Positions 48,285-59,304 of a stretch of 64,000 nucleotides of DNA are shown here, in pieces. The position numbers and the translations under genes were made by a program. This DNA is from Vulcanimicrobiota bacterium (GTDB lineage Bacteria; Vulcanimicrobiota; Vulcanimicrobiia; Vulcanimicrobiales; Vulcanimicrobiaceae), in NCBI GenBank assembly GCA_963714015.1, contig OY970223.1, positions 3,040,001 through 3,104,000 of the forward strand, read 5' to 3'. The stretch's first letter is position 1; each line of letters opens with the position of its first letter. Under the pieces are notes generated by a model. The model did not search any database. It was given only the letters and a program-made list of their open reading frames with translations, and was not told the origin of the DNA.

Positions 48285-51200
48285 CTATCGCAAGTAGCGT
48301 TCGACGATTTGGTCCACTGAACCAAGCCATGCTTCGTTGGACGTGCCGCCATCGAGCCCTTGACGAATGGCGGAAAGTTGAGCGGCGCGGAGGTCGCTCA
48401 TTAGATATTCCAGCCATTCAGGCTTTCCAGAAGATGCCTCGACGGCCGCACGCATGGCGTCGTCCAGCATTCGCAGAAAGATACGCTCATCGCTTGGCCC
48501 CGTAACGACGAGGTGAATTCCCGGTTGTCGCAATGCACCACCCAGGTACCTACGGAGCGCTATGAGTCGAGCAGTTTCCTGGACATGACCATCAGAGATT
48601 GGAGCGTTCGTCAAATGATGCAAAATCTCATCAACCTCCACTGGAATAAACAGCAGCCCAGAACGGCGGCCGACGTGCAGGACGCGATAATATTCGTCGT
48701 CCTGAATTGCGCCGTTTGAGCGAAGCGTAGCAGTGACATCGAAGCTCGACAGCACAGCGGCACCCTTCTCCGTTCGTTCAAAGCGATTGCAATATCTGTC
48801 ATCAACGAAAAGCTTCTCTCCAACTTGTGCCTCTTCGAGTAACGCGGAGATAGCGTCGGCGTTTGCTCCCAACTCAGAGGACCTGCCTGTACCGCGAAAA
48901 TGAAACAGTCCGCGATCCACGCCATCGCGAATAACATCCATAAGGCCAGCCAGTTTTGAAGCCGCCTGATCGCGTTTTTCGGCCTCGTCCACCTGCCACT
49001 GTACGAAGCGCCTTGACGGTTCCGAAATGTACAGCTCGAAATTACCGATGATTAGTGGTTGCAAGAGCTGTGCTTCCTGCATTAAGCCAACGTGGGCAGA
49101 GTCGAACAACAACTTCGCGGGCCGCGTGATCGTCGGCCCGGCCGGCGCGACTGCTCCCTCCGTCCCCAAAATTCGCAGCGCGTCTTCCCGTTGCCACGAC
49201 GTGAGCAAGCCAAGTGCTACCAATGAATCGATCAGTCGCCGGAGATTAACCGTTACCTCGCTCATCGTCTCACTTAGCGGCACGATCTCATGCGTCTTGA
49301 AGTCCACTGACGGCACTGACGTCACAAAGAACCCGGCGCTAGCAGTGGCCCAAGTGTAGGGATCTTGTGTTGGAACAACCGCTATAACTCGGCCCCTAAT
49401 GGCCGATAGCACTTGCTTCAAATAGCGAATTCGTTCTGGCTGCGCCGTCTCGATTCGCTCACTCATCCCGTGAAGCATCGCGGATGCCTGGACCGGCAGG
49501 ATTACTTTCGAGAATAGTTTTGGCATCAGCATCAGCAACCCGAGATAATGCAGTGTCACGAGGGCCGTCATGTCCACAAGCGCCGTACCGGCAACCCCAT
49601 CCACGAGCGGCCCGCGTCCGCCATGCCTCACATAAGTCGGATTCCACTCTTCGGGTTTACGAGATTGGTTGAGCTCCGACTCGACGAGGTGTGTAACCGC
49701 CAGGGGAAGCCGTTCCGCGTCGGCGATGAGATGAATCGGAACGTCACCATTGCGATACATTGCAGAAAGTCTCTGCAGGCGCTCCCGTGACTCTTTGACC
49801 AGCTGCAGAAGCTGCTCATAGTTTGCTTGCCGAACGCCGGACGCTGCATCCGTAGAAGAGCTGCGGCATACGCTTGATCAGCGATTCTGTTTGCCGCTCG
49901 CGGCCCACGCGATAGGCTAAGTCAAGTGCGTCGACTACTGAGTCGTCAGGAACGCCCAGATCCATCGCCTTGTCCCACATTTCCCCGGCTTCGTGGCGAT
50001 GTGATGCCCCAGCGCTCTCGCAAAGTTTAGAGCAATTCCCGGAGTGATGTCTGCCGCATCGCGGATCTTTGGGACTAATAACGCAATGGCGTCTGTATTT
50101 CCGATTTTAAAAAGAAGGGATGCATACATTTCACTAATTCGGCACTCGGGGCCTCGTCAAAGAATTTCTCACACTCCTTCAGTGCCCGTGTACGGTCGCC
50201 AAGGTTCCATAGCGACATCACGTGAGCATGCCGTACATTGCGTTCGAGCCCTAAACCAGTCCACGCAACAGCGTCTTCGTATAAGCTTTCAGAACATCCT
50301 CATATCGCTTTGTATTGAAGAAGCCGGCCAAGGCTAGTCGAACAGCAGCCGGAACGTATAAGTCGCGAAGAAGCCTGGGTGCATTTGAAGCGACCTTTTG
50401 CCAGTCACCCTTTCTCGCTGCTGACGTACATTCGTCGAGCAGGACAACCGCATTTAACGCCTCTTCGCTTCGTACGGGCCTCTCGTTTTCATCTCGCCGG
50501 ATGGTATCAACCACGCGCTGTACGTCGACGCCTGACTCGCCTTCGAGCGCTTGAATAGCAGCTTTAAACTCCCGCTGTTCAAGCAAGGCGCGCGATAGCA
50601 GCATTTTGCGCTGAAGGCGCTCATTATCAGTTTCATCCGGCGAGGCGTTCATCAAGAGTTTGGCCGCGGCATCGTGGTTTCTGTCTTCAAGCATCAACCA
50701 GCCCGTGAGGAACCGTTGTGCCGGCCGGTCAGTCCCAGCCTCTATGGCCACCTTAGCGCCGGCCAACCATTCCAAGTGAATGTTCAATCCGTACATCCTC
50801 GACCATTGGACGACATAGTCTATTGGCTCGGTGCGCCGCAGCAAGTCGCCGCCGACTACTCTACTATCATCTCGACGGTCCGGATTGATGGCCAAAGAGA
50901 CGAAATGCCAAAATTCGTGGATTTCGACACTGGCGCAGGGACCGTCCAACGCGTCTAGCGCCTTGCGGAAATGCCCCGCAGATTCGTCCAGGTAACGGCG
51001 ACGTTCAGTATCCAAGGTCAGCAGATCCCGCGTGACGGGCTCACCTGGCGCCAGCAGTTGACGAGGGAGTATTGCCGCCGGATAGCACGTAAAAAACTTT
51101 ACAACCCCCGCGGTGTGCTGAACGAGGAGGTTCTTCTCGTCGAGCTCCAGCGCTCGCTTGATCGCCTTAAGTGCCGCTTCGTGCTGACCATGGGCAAGCC

Positions 51201-51633
51201 ACACGAGCGACAAAATCCGATGCATCTCTGCATCGTTACGATTTTCGTCATAGACTGCCTCGATCGCCTTAAGAGCCTCTCTGTGCTGTTGAACGTACAA
51301 CAGATACAAAGCGCGCGTTCTCGCAGAACGAACGCCTTCATGACTTAGCAGTTTGAGCGCGCTTTCTACGCCATTCTTGCTAAATTCAATGTCTGCATCG
51401 ATGACGCTGATTCCTCGTTATCTGGCACAAGCGCTCGACTTTCTCTGGCGAACTGCTCCCCCAAGGGCATGTCGAGGCTCGACGACAATAGCCACCCGGG
51501 CACGCAGTCGTAGCACAGCGGCACGCACTTCAGTTGGAGCTTCCGAAAATTCGTTCGATGCGAGAAGCGTGCTAAGATTTTTTCGTACTTCAACGTAGCG
51601 CCCTTCAGCGAGTCTGCCGTCGCAACGTTTCAA
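48285..51633 (-). pseudogene. Large TPR-repeat protein with C-terminal PIN-like domain, fragmented
   Basis: TPR-like helices in 50251..51309 (EAALKAIKRALELD). PIN-like LVDMTALVTLHYLGLL...LFVDDRY in 48285..49760. Intervening frames are broken. Confidence 0.55.
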
Positions 51634-51663
51634 TATACAAGCTGATCTAGCATGCTGGGCGGC

Positions 51664-52410
51664 TCATATCAGCAGGTCGTCATCGAGATCCGACCGCCTC
51701 AGCCGGTCATTCGCAAATGGAAGGTCCATTGAATCGAACTGGGCCTTTACTATGTTTAATATGCTCGTGAACATAGTAGGGTGCATCCCTGGCGCTGCAA
51801 TCAGCTGCGCAAGCAAATTGTTCATTTGCTCTGCTGTCACTGGGGCCATCGGGAAACGCTCAATTACAGGCGCTGGAAAAACCTGAATGGTTCTTACTTC
51901 TCGCTCGTCGCTATACTCCGTTCGTTTATGAAAAAACAAGGTGTGGATATCGTCTACAATGGGCGGCAGATGGTCATATGAGATAGGTCCGATGCGGACC
52001 GCCGGACTGTCCTCGAATACGGCCCGAACGGCACCGTACGTCGTAGAAATTGCGATAGCAAAGGGGTCGCGGCCGTAAATCCTCCACATCGCGAACGATT
52101 CGCGCCCAGGGTGCCGAAACCAGCATGTTACCGCCGTGCAAGCGCGCGCAGCACGTATTATTTCTTCGTTGGTCGGCGGCGAGCTCATCGTGAGCCCGTA
52201 TCGTCCACAAAGCTTCTTGGCTCGACACCGAGGTAACGCCCGAGACCCGGCGATATTTTGATGTTTCTAAAACCAAATGCACCCTCAGAGGCGTCCTCAA
52301 ACGTGTCGACGCGGGTTTGAAACAGGCCACGACTCGTCAGCATAACGAGAAATGGGCCGAGACTCATATATCGCCAAAGTTCTGTGCTATCAGATAGGAG
52401 AGTGCTTCAC
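51664..52410 (-). CDS. DUF2971-like protein (frameshifted)
   Basis: LWRYMS...F.D..EG, TCW......ES.AMW.IYG, HKR.EYSDEREVR. Confidence 0.65.
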
Positions 52411-52455
52411 ACATCTTTTGAGTTACGTGCGCCTTTTACGCACGCCGCGCCTGCC

Positions 52456-52800
52456 CTAAACGACGGTCAATTGCCGAGACTGCTGCAGAGTCACCTGACG
52501 GAAGCGCATGCGCATAAATACCGAGCGTCGTACTTGGAGTCGTGTGGCCCAAGATTCGAGTACGGTAGCGATATCCACCCCGCCGGCTAACATCCACGTT
52601 GCAGCAGTGTGTCGCAGATCGTGCAAGGTAGCATTTATCTTCGTTCTCCTTCGAATCATGCGAAACGCGTCTGTTGCCAAGAATGGCGCCAGTGGCGAAC
52701 CGATCTCGTTCTGAAAAACGTAGCCCGAGTCACAATAAGCCGGTCCAGCCGCAAGCCGGTCCTGCGCCTGCAACAATATCCCGCGTCATGAGCATGAAGC
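52456..52800 (-). pseudogene. Tyrosine integrase C-terminal remnant
   Basis: YVFQNE.G.PL...LHDLRHTAATWML.AGVD..TV, then in another frame LGH....TTL..YAH. Confidence 0.85.
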
Positions 52801-53257
52801 ACCGGCTTGAAGACCTTGCGTCGACAATCGGGCCTGCGCTCCTGTTTTAGCGTTCCTGTATTTGGTCGGACTCTCGGCCCACTCGAAGGTCGCGGAGTGG
52901 TTAGCGTGGGCGTTGTTTTGGGCCGGAATCGTCGCTGTGACCGTCGTCGGAATGGCACTTTTTCGGCTTCTTACTGTTCTGGAACGTCGCCATGATGCCG
53001 TTGCTCTTAAGGGTCTTTGGAGCCTGGTCTCGGGGAACGGCCGTTATCGGTTCGTGAGCGCTTGGAGGATCGTGGACACAAAGCCTTGGTCGTCGGACAA
53101 GAGCCAAACCCGAGAATAGCGCCGTGCAGCATATGCAGCAAACTGGTTCGAATTGGGCCGTACGGTCACAATTGGGTCGGCGCGAAAACGCTTGATTTAC
53201 CGATAATTTCGAATCCTCGCGGCCGGCCCAGGACCATTCAGTAACGCGCTGCGAGTC

Positions 53258-53280
53258 TTCGAATCCCGCTGGGGCTACCA
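53258..53280 (+). repeat. attR: displaced tRNA-Glu 3' end with CCA
   Basis: 20-bp identity to 48155-48174, followed by CCA. Confidence 0.9.
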
Positions 53281-53289
53281 AAACTTTCC

Positions 53290-53480
53290 TTATTTCACCA
53301 TATACACATCGAGGTACGGCTCAGCGGTGATCTCGATGCTGGAATGTCGAGACGTTTGCTCGTGAGCTCCCGCCCGAACGCCGGCCTTGGACGCAAGCTC
53401 GCATGGTGTCGCATAAACCATGCAGAGTAATGGGTGATGCCGGCACACCTCATCCTGACGCGCTCCGGTGTACGGCCGCA
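53290..53480 (-). pseudogene. Second, heavily eroded tyrosine integrase remnant
   Basis: YTGARQDEVC (TG.R..E) and HSSIEITA..Y motifs in ORF 53290..53610. Confidence 0.5.
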
Positions 53481-53624
53481 AGGCGACGGCATCATCGCTT
53501 CGCACTCCGCAAGAATCGCTTGAGGGGGCTTTATGACTGCCGCGGATTGGGAAGAAGCGTAAGGGTTCGCTTGTCTTTGGCGTAGTTTCCGCGTGAGGCG
53601 GTGGGCCCAATACAGGAGCAAACG

Positions 53625-55557
53625 ATGAGTCGTTACGCTAAGTTCGCGTTCGCAGCAATTTTTTTGCTGGCCGGCTGCGGAAAACATCTGAACTCAATGG
53701 TGCCGGTTGAAGATCGATCGTTGTCTACATCGGTCCACACGTCCATCGCGGCTCCGTCCTTTTCATATAAGGAATATCCGATTCCAACGCTAGCGAGCCA
53801 TCCTCAGGGAATCGCTGTGGGCTCGGACGGGAATCTGTGGTTCGTCGAGAGCTCGGGAAACAACATCGGGCGGATTACGCCTGCGGGTGCCGTGACCGAG
53901 TTCCCTATTCCGACCGCAAATAGCGAACCTGTGGACATCACGCCTGGGCAGCCGGGCTATCTGTGGTTCACCGAATACGCCGGTAATAAACTCGGGCGCA
54001 TTTCCACCTCCGGGACGATCACCGAATATACGATCCCGACCGCATCGAGCCACCCGTTCGGTGTGGTTCAGGGACCCGACGACGCGCCGTGGTTTACCGA
54101 ATCGGCAGCGAACAAGGTCGGCACCTTACGCTCGGGCGGAATCGTCGAATTCACGGTTCCCGGGGCGAACGTTTCCCCACTCGGCATTACGGTTGCAACG
54201 TACGGCGATAATCTGATGTTTGCCGAGAGCAGCGGCTCAGGCATCGGAACGATTACGACGTCGGGCAAGATCACGCAATTGAACACCGGCTTCACATCGC
54301 GTTTTGTCACGACGATCCCCGGTGAAGACCTTTTTTGGACGGACGCTAAAAACAATGCTGTCGGAATTTATGGCTTTAACGGGAACCCGGAAGAGTTTCC
54401 ACTCACTTCGGGTTCCTCGCCGTCGTTCTCCACCGCAGGTCCGTACGGAATGCCGTGGTGGACCGATTTTTCGAGCAGCGACCTCCGCTACTTCGACCTA
54501 AACACGAATGCGCCGTCGGCGCCGATTCAGGTGACAGCGTCCTCCGAACCGGACGGCATTACGTCGCTCAAGGGCAGTCTCTGGTTTACCGAATACAACG
54601 CGAATAAGATCGGCGAGGTCCATCCCGCGCCGACGCCCACGCCGTTCGGCGGCAGCGGTTTATTGTACACAGACGCTGGTTCCAGCGGCTCCGGGCCGGT
54701 CCTCATCTATAAATTGGGCAACGTCAACCCGTCTCGATATATCCTCTCCCCGCCTGTCGGCCTCATTGCCGTATCACAACGAGGCTACATCTACGGCGTG
54801 GGGTCTGATGCGGAAGGCAATCCGCTGATCGACGTTTTTGCTCCCGATGCCAAAGGCCGCGCGAAACCGGTGCGTCAAATCGCAGGGAGCAATACCCAGC
54901 TTAACGGCTTCCAGATCTCTTCGCTGGCCCCTGATGGAAACGATGATCTCTTCGTCGCGGTGTTCAACCCGAATTGCAACGAGAACTGCGGGACGACCAT
55001 TCTGGTCTTTGGTCCGAACGCAAACGGCAACGTTGCGCCGGCTCGAATTCTTACCTACCTGCGCGATCACTCCATCGGGAAGAATGAGACAGGCGTTACC
55101 ATCGCGCCGGACGGCACGTTGTACGCGGCAGCATACATCACCAACCCTGAAAGGGATCCGGCATTATATGCATTCAGGGCAGGCGCCGGCGGCCCCACTG
55201 CTCCCTCGCGAATCATTGCCGGCTCCAATACATTACTGGACTGCGATTCCGGCTACGGACAGGCTTTGTTCGGTTGGGACAGATTCGTCCGGAGACGTCT
55301 TTGCCTTCGGAGTAAACAGCATCGTTGAATTTCCCGGCTCCGCGAACGGCAACGTAAGCCCGATCACCGATTCGAGCTTAGGCCTGCCCAGAGTTCCCAA
55401 TTTTGCGATCGGATCGAACGGGACAATCTACTACTTCGGAGGCGATCAAGAATCCGATTGCGGATTCTTTACGCAACTGCCGGGCGGAAGCCCCCAAGAC
55501 CAAGAGATGTTGTGTCGCCACCGGGGCGGATACGTTGCCGTTCGGGACATCCCATGA
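53625..55557 (+). CDS. Lipoprotein with a Vgb-like beta-propeller plus a second propeller; frameshift near 55270
   Basis: Lipobox LLAGC, repeats P.GI..G.DGNLWF.E...N.IGRIT..G..TEF.IPT, PAPTPTP linker. Confidence 0.8.
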
Positions 55558-55712
55558 AACGCTTCGACGATTGCGCACTCGGAGTGGACACCATTCCGCT
55601 TTGGAAATCCAAGTGCAGCGGCATGGACGTCCCCAGCTCGTTCACTTAAAAGGAACTCGAAGCAAGAACAGGCAGAAACAGAAACCCGTCCTGCTGAAAG
55701 AGCGCGGCCGCG

Positions 55713-56693
55713 TTACGTCCTGCGGTAGAAAAATGCGCTGAGCGCTAAATTCGCCGCGAAAATTGCCATGATCGCATAGCCGACGCTCGAGAAGGAGAGC
55801 CAGTCGCCGAGGCGCGCCAACGGTTGCGAGCCGACGTGGGTACCTATTGCCGCGGCCGCTTCGGCGCCGCCGACGAAAAGCGCGATGACGATCGACAACA
55901 AGGTCATGTTGACGTTGTAGAGCAGCTTTCGTGCGGGCTGCAAATATGCCCAGCCGTACGCGCCGAGCATTGCAACGCCTTCGGCTGTGTCGACAAGCGA
56001 CATGCCCGCGGCAAAAAGCAGCGGCAGCAGTAAGATGTACGCAAGCGGCATGCCACCGGCACCCGATGCGGCGGAGATGCCGAGCAGCGCGACTTCCGTT
56101 GCCGTATCGAAGCCCAGGCCGAACAAAACCCCGATCGGATACATGTGTGCGCTGCACTTGACCATGTCAAGTGCCGGGCGAAGCACGCGCGTCAGCATAC
56201 CTCCCGGGAGCTCGGCATCCACTGAATCGTGCCGCGACCCGCGCAGGATTTCCAAGAGCACGACCACGTTTGCGCCCGCAATCGCGAGCAAGAACAGCGC
56301 CGAGACCCACGTTCCGATTGCCGCACCCAGATGCTCCAATTCCGGGAAGTGCGCTTTTATCACGGTTCCGAACAGGGCGACGATCGCGCTCAAGACGAAA
56401 ACGATCGTCGAGTGGCCGAGCGAAAAATAGAATCCCACCGTAACGGGGCGCTGCCCGTCACGCATCAATTTACGTGTCGTTCCATCGATCGCGGCAATGT
56501 GGTCGGGATCGACCGCATGGCGCAGTCCAAACAAGAACGCGGCGACGCCCAGCGGCAGCAGCAGCGGATACGCATGCGCTGCCCCAAGCAAGGCAATCCA
56601 TCCGATTACCGTCGCCGCGGAAAGAACGGCGAAAACGCCGGCTACACGAGCGCGAGTTTCGCCGCGATCCGCGAATCCAAGAAGTCGATCCAT
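55713..56693 (-). CDS. HoxN/HupN/NixA-family high-affinity nickel permease
   Basis: GLRHAVDPDHIAAID, FSLGHST, GVLFGLGFDTATE. Confidence 0.93.
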   Translation of the reverse strand: MDRLLGFADRGETRARVAGVFAVLSAATVIGWIALLGAAHAYPLLLPLGVAAFLFGLRHAVDPDHIAAIDGTTRKLMRDGQRPVTVGFYFSLGHSTIVFVLSAIVALFGTVIKAHFPELEHLGAAIGTWVSALFLLAIAGANVVVLLEILRGSRHDSVDAELPGGMLTRVLRPALDMVKCSAHMYPIGVLFGLGFDTATEVALLGISAASGAGGMPLAYILLLPLLFAAGMSLVDTAEGVAMLGAYGWAYLQPARKLLYNVNMTLLSIVIALFVGGAEAAAAIGTHVGSQPLARLGDWLSFSSVGYAIMAIFAANLALSAFFYRRT

Positions 56694-57313
56694 TCTTCCA
56701 TCCCCTCGCCGGTTCGCGCGGAAAGTTCGAGCACGGCAAGACCGGGATGCACCCGCTCGATGTTTTCCAGCGCTGCGCTCCGGTCGAAATCCGTTGCTCC
56801 CGCGAGATCGATTTTCGTAACCAGCGCGACGTGCGCGGTCGTGAATGCTAGCGGATATTTGAGCGGCTTATCTTCGCCCTCCGTCACGGAGAACAACACC
56901 ACCCGCAGATCCTCGCCGAGATCGTACTCGGCCGGGCAAATCAGGTTGCCGACGTTCTCGATGGCAAGCACTTCCGCGTCGGCCGCCTCGAACGCCGAGA
57001 GCGCCGACACGATCATTTGCGCGTCCAAACGGCACTCCGCGCCGGTGGCGATCTGCAAGACCGGTGCGCCGCTGCGTTGCAGCCGCCGAGCATCGTTGTC
57101 GGTCGCTTGATCTCCCACCAAGGCAGCGACCTGGTACCGCGCCTTCAGGCGCCGCAGCGTCTCTTCGAGGAGCGTCGTCTTGCCTGCACCCGGGCTCGAG
57201 AGCAAATTGAAAACGAACGTTCCCGAACGTTTAAAGCGTTCGCGCAGGGCCGCCGCCAGCGTAGCGTTCTTCCGCAAAATGCTCTGCTGGACTTGGACCA
57301 GCCGCAGCGTCAT
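56642..57313 (-). CDS. hypB: Hydrogenase nickel-incorporation GTPase
   Basis: SSPGAGKTTLLE, ENVGNLICPA, SVTEGEDKPLKYP, TKIDL. Confidence 0.95.
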   Translation of the reverse strand: MTLRLVQVQQSILRKNATLAAALRERFKRSGTFVFNLLSSPGAGKTTLLEETLRRLKARYQVAALVGDQATDNDARRLQRSGAPVLQIATGAECRLDAQMIVSALSAFEAADAEVLAIENVGNLICPAEYDLGEDLRVVLFSVTEGEDKPLKYPLAFTTAHVALVTKIDLAGATDFDRSAALENIERVHPGLAVLELSARTGEGMEEWIDFLDSRIAAKLALV

Positions 57314-57656
57314 AGATCACCTCCATTGCGGTAACCAGCAGCTCTTGCCCGCCGCGAATATCCGTCGACGACGTTCCGCACACGGGACAAACCGGCAAAC
57401 TGCCGTGTTCGATCACTCGTTCGCACGCGCACTCCTCGCACTTTATCGCAAGCGGCACGCGTTCGATGCGCAAGCGCGATCCGAAAGCGACCGTGCCTTC
57501 CGTTGCCGCTTCCCATGCAAACTCAAGCGCGTCGGGCACAATGCTGGTCAGCACACCGATACGTAAGTTGACACAAACTATCTTTTCAATGCGCTGATCC
57601 GCGGCTCGCTCGCACAACTCGTCGACAATCGCAAGCGCGATCGAAGCTTCGTGCAC
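57310..57656 (-). CDS. hypA: Hydrogenase maturation nickel metallochaperone; 3' end uncertain
   Basis: GTG start giving MHEASIA, CEEC and CPVC, GQEL. As given, the frame reads on into hypB to 57231, which suggests an indel. Confidence 0.9.
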
Positions 57657-57704
57657 GACGTGGTTATTCCCAAATAGCTTCTGGGTACTCGGACAGAGGG
57701 GGAC

Positions 57705-58241
57705 ATGATTATGTCCGACGCGGTTCAGATGCTTGAGGAGCAGCATGCCGAGGTCACGGCGCTGTTTATGAAGCTCGAGCGCCTCAGCGATCCGGTTACG
57801 TGCGAGCATCTGTTCCGCACGATCGACCTCAAATTGCGCGACCACACGGTTATAGAGGAAGAAATATTCTATCCGGCAGTACGGGAGCGCGCCGGTAAAG
57901 GCGGCGATGAACGTGTCCGCGACGCTGTCCACGATCACGACGACGTCAAGAAGGCCTTGGCGGAGGCAGAGGCGGTCAGCCCGACCGACTATACCTTCAA
58001 GAGTAAGGTTTCCGAGGTAAAGCGCCTCGTCGAGCATCACGTGCGCGAAGAAAAGGAAGAGATCTTACCGCTCGCCCGACGCCTGTTCACCGAACCGGAG
58101 CTGGACGAAATGGCTCTGAGAATGCAACAACTCATGTCGATTCACGCTCCGATCTATCAGATAGGCGGAAGCAAGCTTCAAACCGCGGCGCGCGATACGC
58201 TGCGGAACATCGGCGACTTCGTCAGCAAAATCGGCGGCTAA
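57705..58241 (+). CDS. Hemerythrin-like domain protein
   Basis: L..QH..V..LF, H...EEEIFYP, DH, HHVREE. Confidence 0.85.
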   Translation: MIMSDAVQMLEEQHAEVTALFMKLERLSDPVTCEHLFRTIDLKLRDHTVIEEEIFYPAVRERAGKGGDERVRDAVHDHDDVKKALAEAEAVSPTDYTFKSKVSEVKRLVEHHVREEKEEILPLARRLFTEPELDEMALRMQQLMSIHAPIYQIGGSKLQTAARDTLRNIGDFVSKIGG

Positions 58242-58256
58242 TGAAAGGAGGGTCAC

Positions 58257-59294
58257 ATGGGTCCTAAACCTCCCGTGCTCCCCGAAATCAATCTTCTGTG
58301 GATCAACGCCGGCTTGAGCTGCGACGGCGATTCGGTCTCGCTCACGAACGCCCAGCGGCCAAGCGTCGAGGATATCGTGATGGGCGGCATCCCGGGCTTG
58401 CCGAAGGTGAACGTCTGGTGGCCGCTCATTGCATACGAGGTCGGCGATGACTTTATGAAGGCGTACTTCAAAGCCGAACGCGGCGAGCTCGAACCGTTCG
58501 TTTTAGTGATTGAAGGGTCAATCGCTAATGAAAAGGTCAAGAAAGAAGGCTACTGGACCGGATTCGGAAACGATCCCGCAACGGGACAGCCGCGCACGCT
58601 TACAGAGTGGATCGACGCGCTTGCGCCCAAAGCGGTCGCGGTTATCGCGGCCGGCACGTGCGCCACTTACGGCGGCATCCACGCGATGTACGGAAATCCG
58701 ACCGGAGCGATGGGCCTGGCGGATTATCTCGGCTGGAATTGGCGTTCCAAACTCGGTTTGCCGATCATCAACGTTCCGGGTTGTCCGGTGCAGCCCGACA
58801 ACCTGTCCGAGACCTTGACCCAGTTACTGCTGTTCGCCGCCGGCAAAGCGCCGCCGCCGGCGCTCGACGAGATGCTTCGTCCCAAATGGCTGTTCGAACG
58901 CACGGTGCACGAGAACTGCGACCGCGCCGGATATTACGAGGAAGGCAACTTCGCAAAACAATACGGCGATCACCGCTGCCTGGTCAAAATCGGCTGTTGG
59001 GGACCGGTCGTCAAATGCAACGTTCCCAAACGCGGCTGGATGGACGGCATCGGCGGCTGTCCGAATGTCGGCGGAATCTGCATGGCATGCACCATGCCGG
59101 GATTCCCGGACAAATACATGCCGTTCATGGACGAGCCTCCGGGCGCGACGCTTTCCACGACGCTCGTTACCGGCTACGGGCGCTTCATTCGCACGATGCG
59201 CGCGTCCACGATCCATACCGGCGACAAAGAACCCAAGTGGCGCCACCCGGGCGAATCGCTGACGACGGGCTACACGCCGCACACGAAATACTAA
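58257..59294 (+). CDS. hhyS: Group 1h [NiFe]-hydrogenase small subunit
   Basis: AGLSCDGDSV, GTCATYGG, PGCP, HENCDR, GCWGP, GGCPNVGGIC.ACTMPGFPD; no Tat leader. Confidence 0.93.
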   Translation: MGPKPPVLPEINLLWINAGLSCDGDSVSLTNAQRPSVEDIVMGGIPGLPKVNVWWPLIAYEVGDDFMKAYFKAERGELEPFVLVIEGSIANEKVKKEGYWTGFGNDPATGQPRTLTEWIDALAPKAVAVIAAGTCATYGGIHAMYGNPTGAMGLADYLGWNWRSKLGLPIINVPGCPVQPDNLSETLTQLLLFAAGKAPPPALDEMLRPKWLFERTVHENCDRAGYYEEGNFAKQYGDHRCLVKIGCWGPVVKCNVPKRGWMDGIGGCPNVGGICMACTMPGFPDKYMPFMDEPPGATLSTTLVTGYGRFIRTMRASTIHTGDKEPKWRHPGESLTTGYTPHTKY

Positions 59295-59304
59295 GGAAAA
59301 GACA

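Larger units (their letters stand above)
48175..53277. mobile_element. Decayed integrative island at tRNA-Glu
   Basis: TTCGAATCCCGCTGGGGCTA duplicated at 48155-48174 and 53258-53277; integrase remnant; visibly lower GC. Confidence 0.88.

Noticed and set aside
43413..55557. Calling the serine hydrolase and the Vgb-like protein antibiotic-resistance genes
   Set aside because: Only fold-level motifs are seen, and both families are broad; the Vgb-like protein is a two-propeller lipoprotein.
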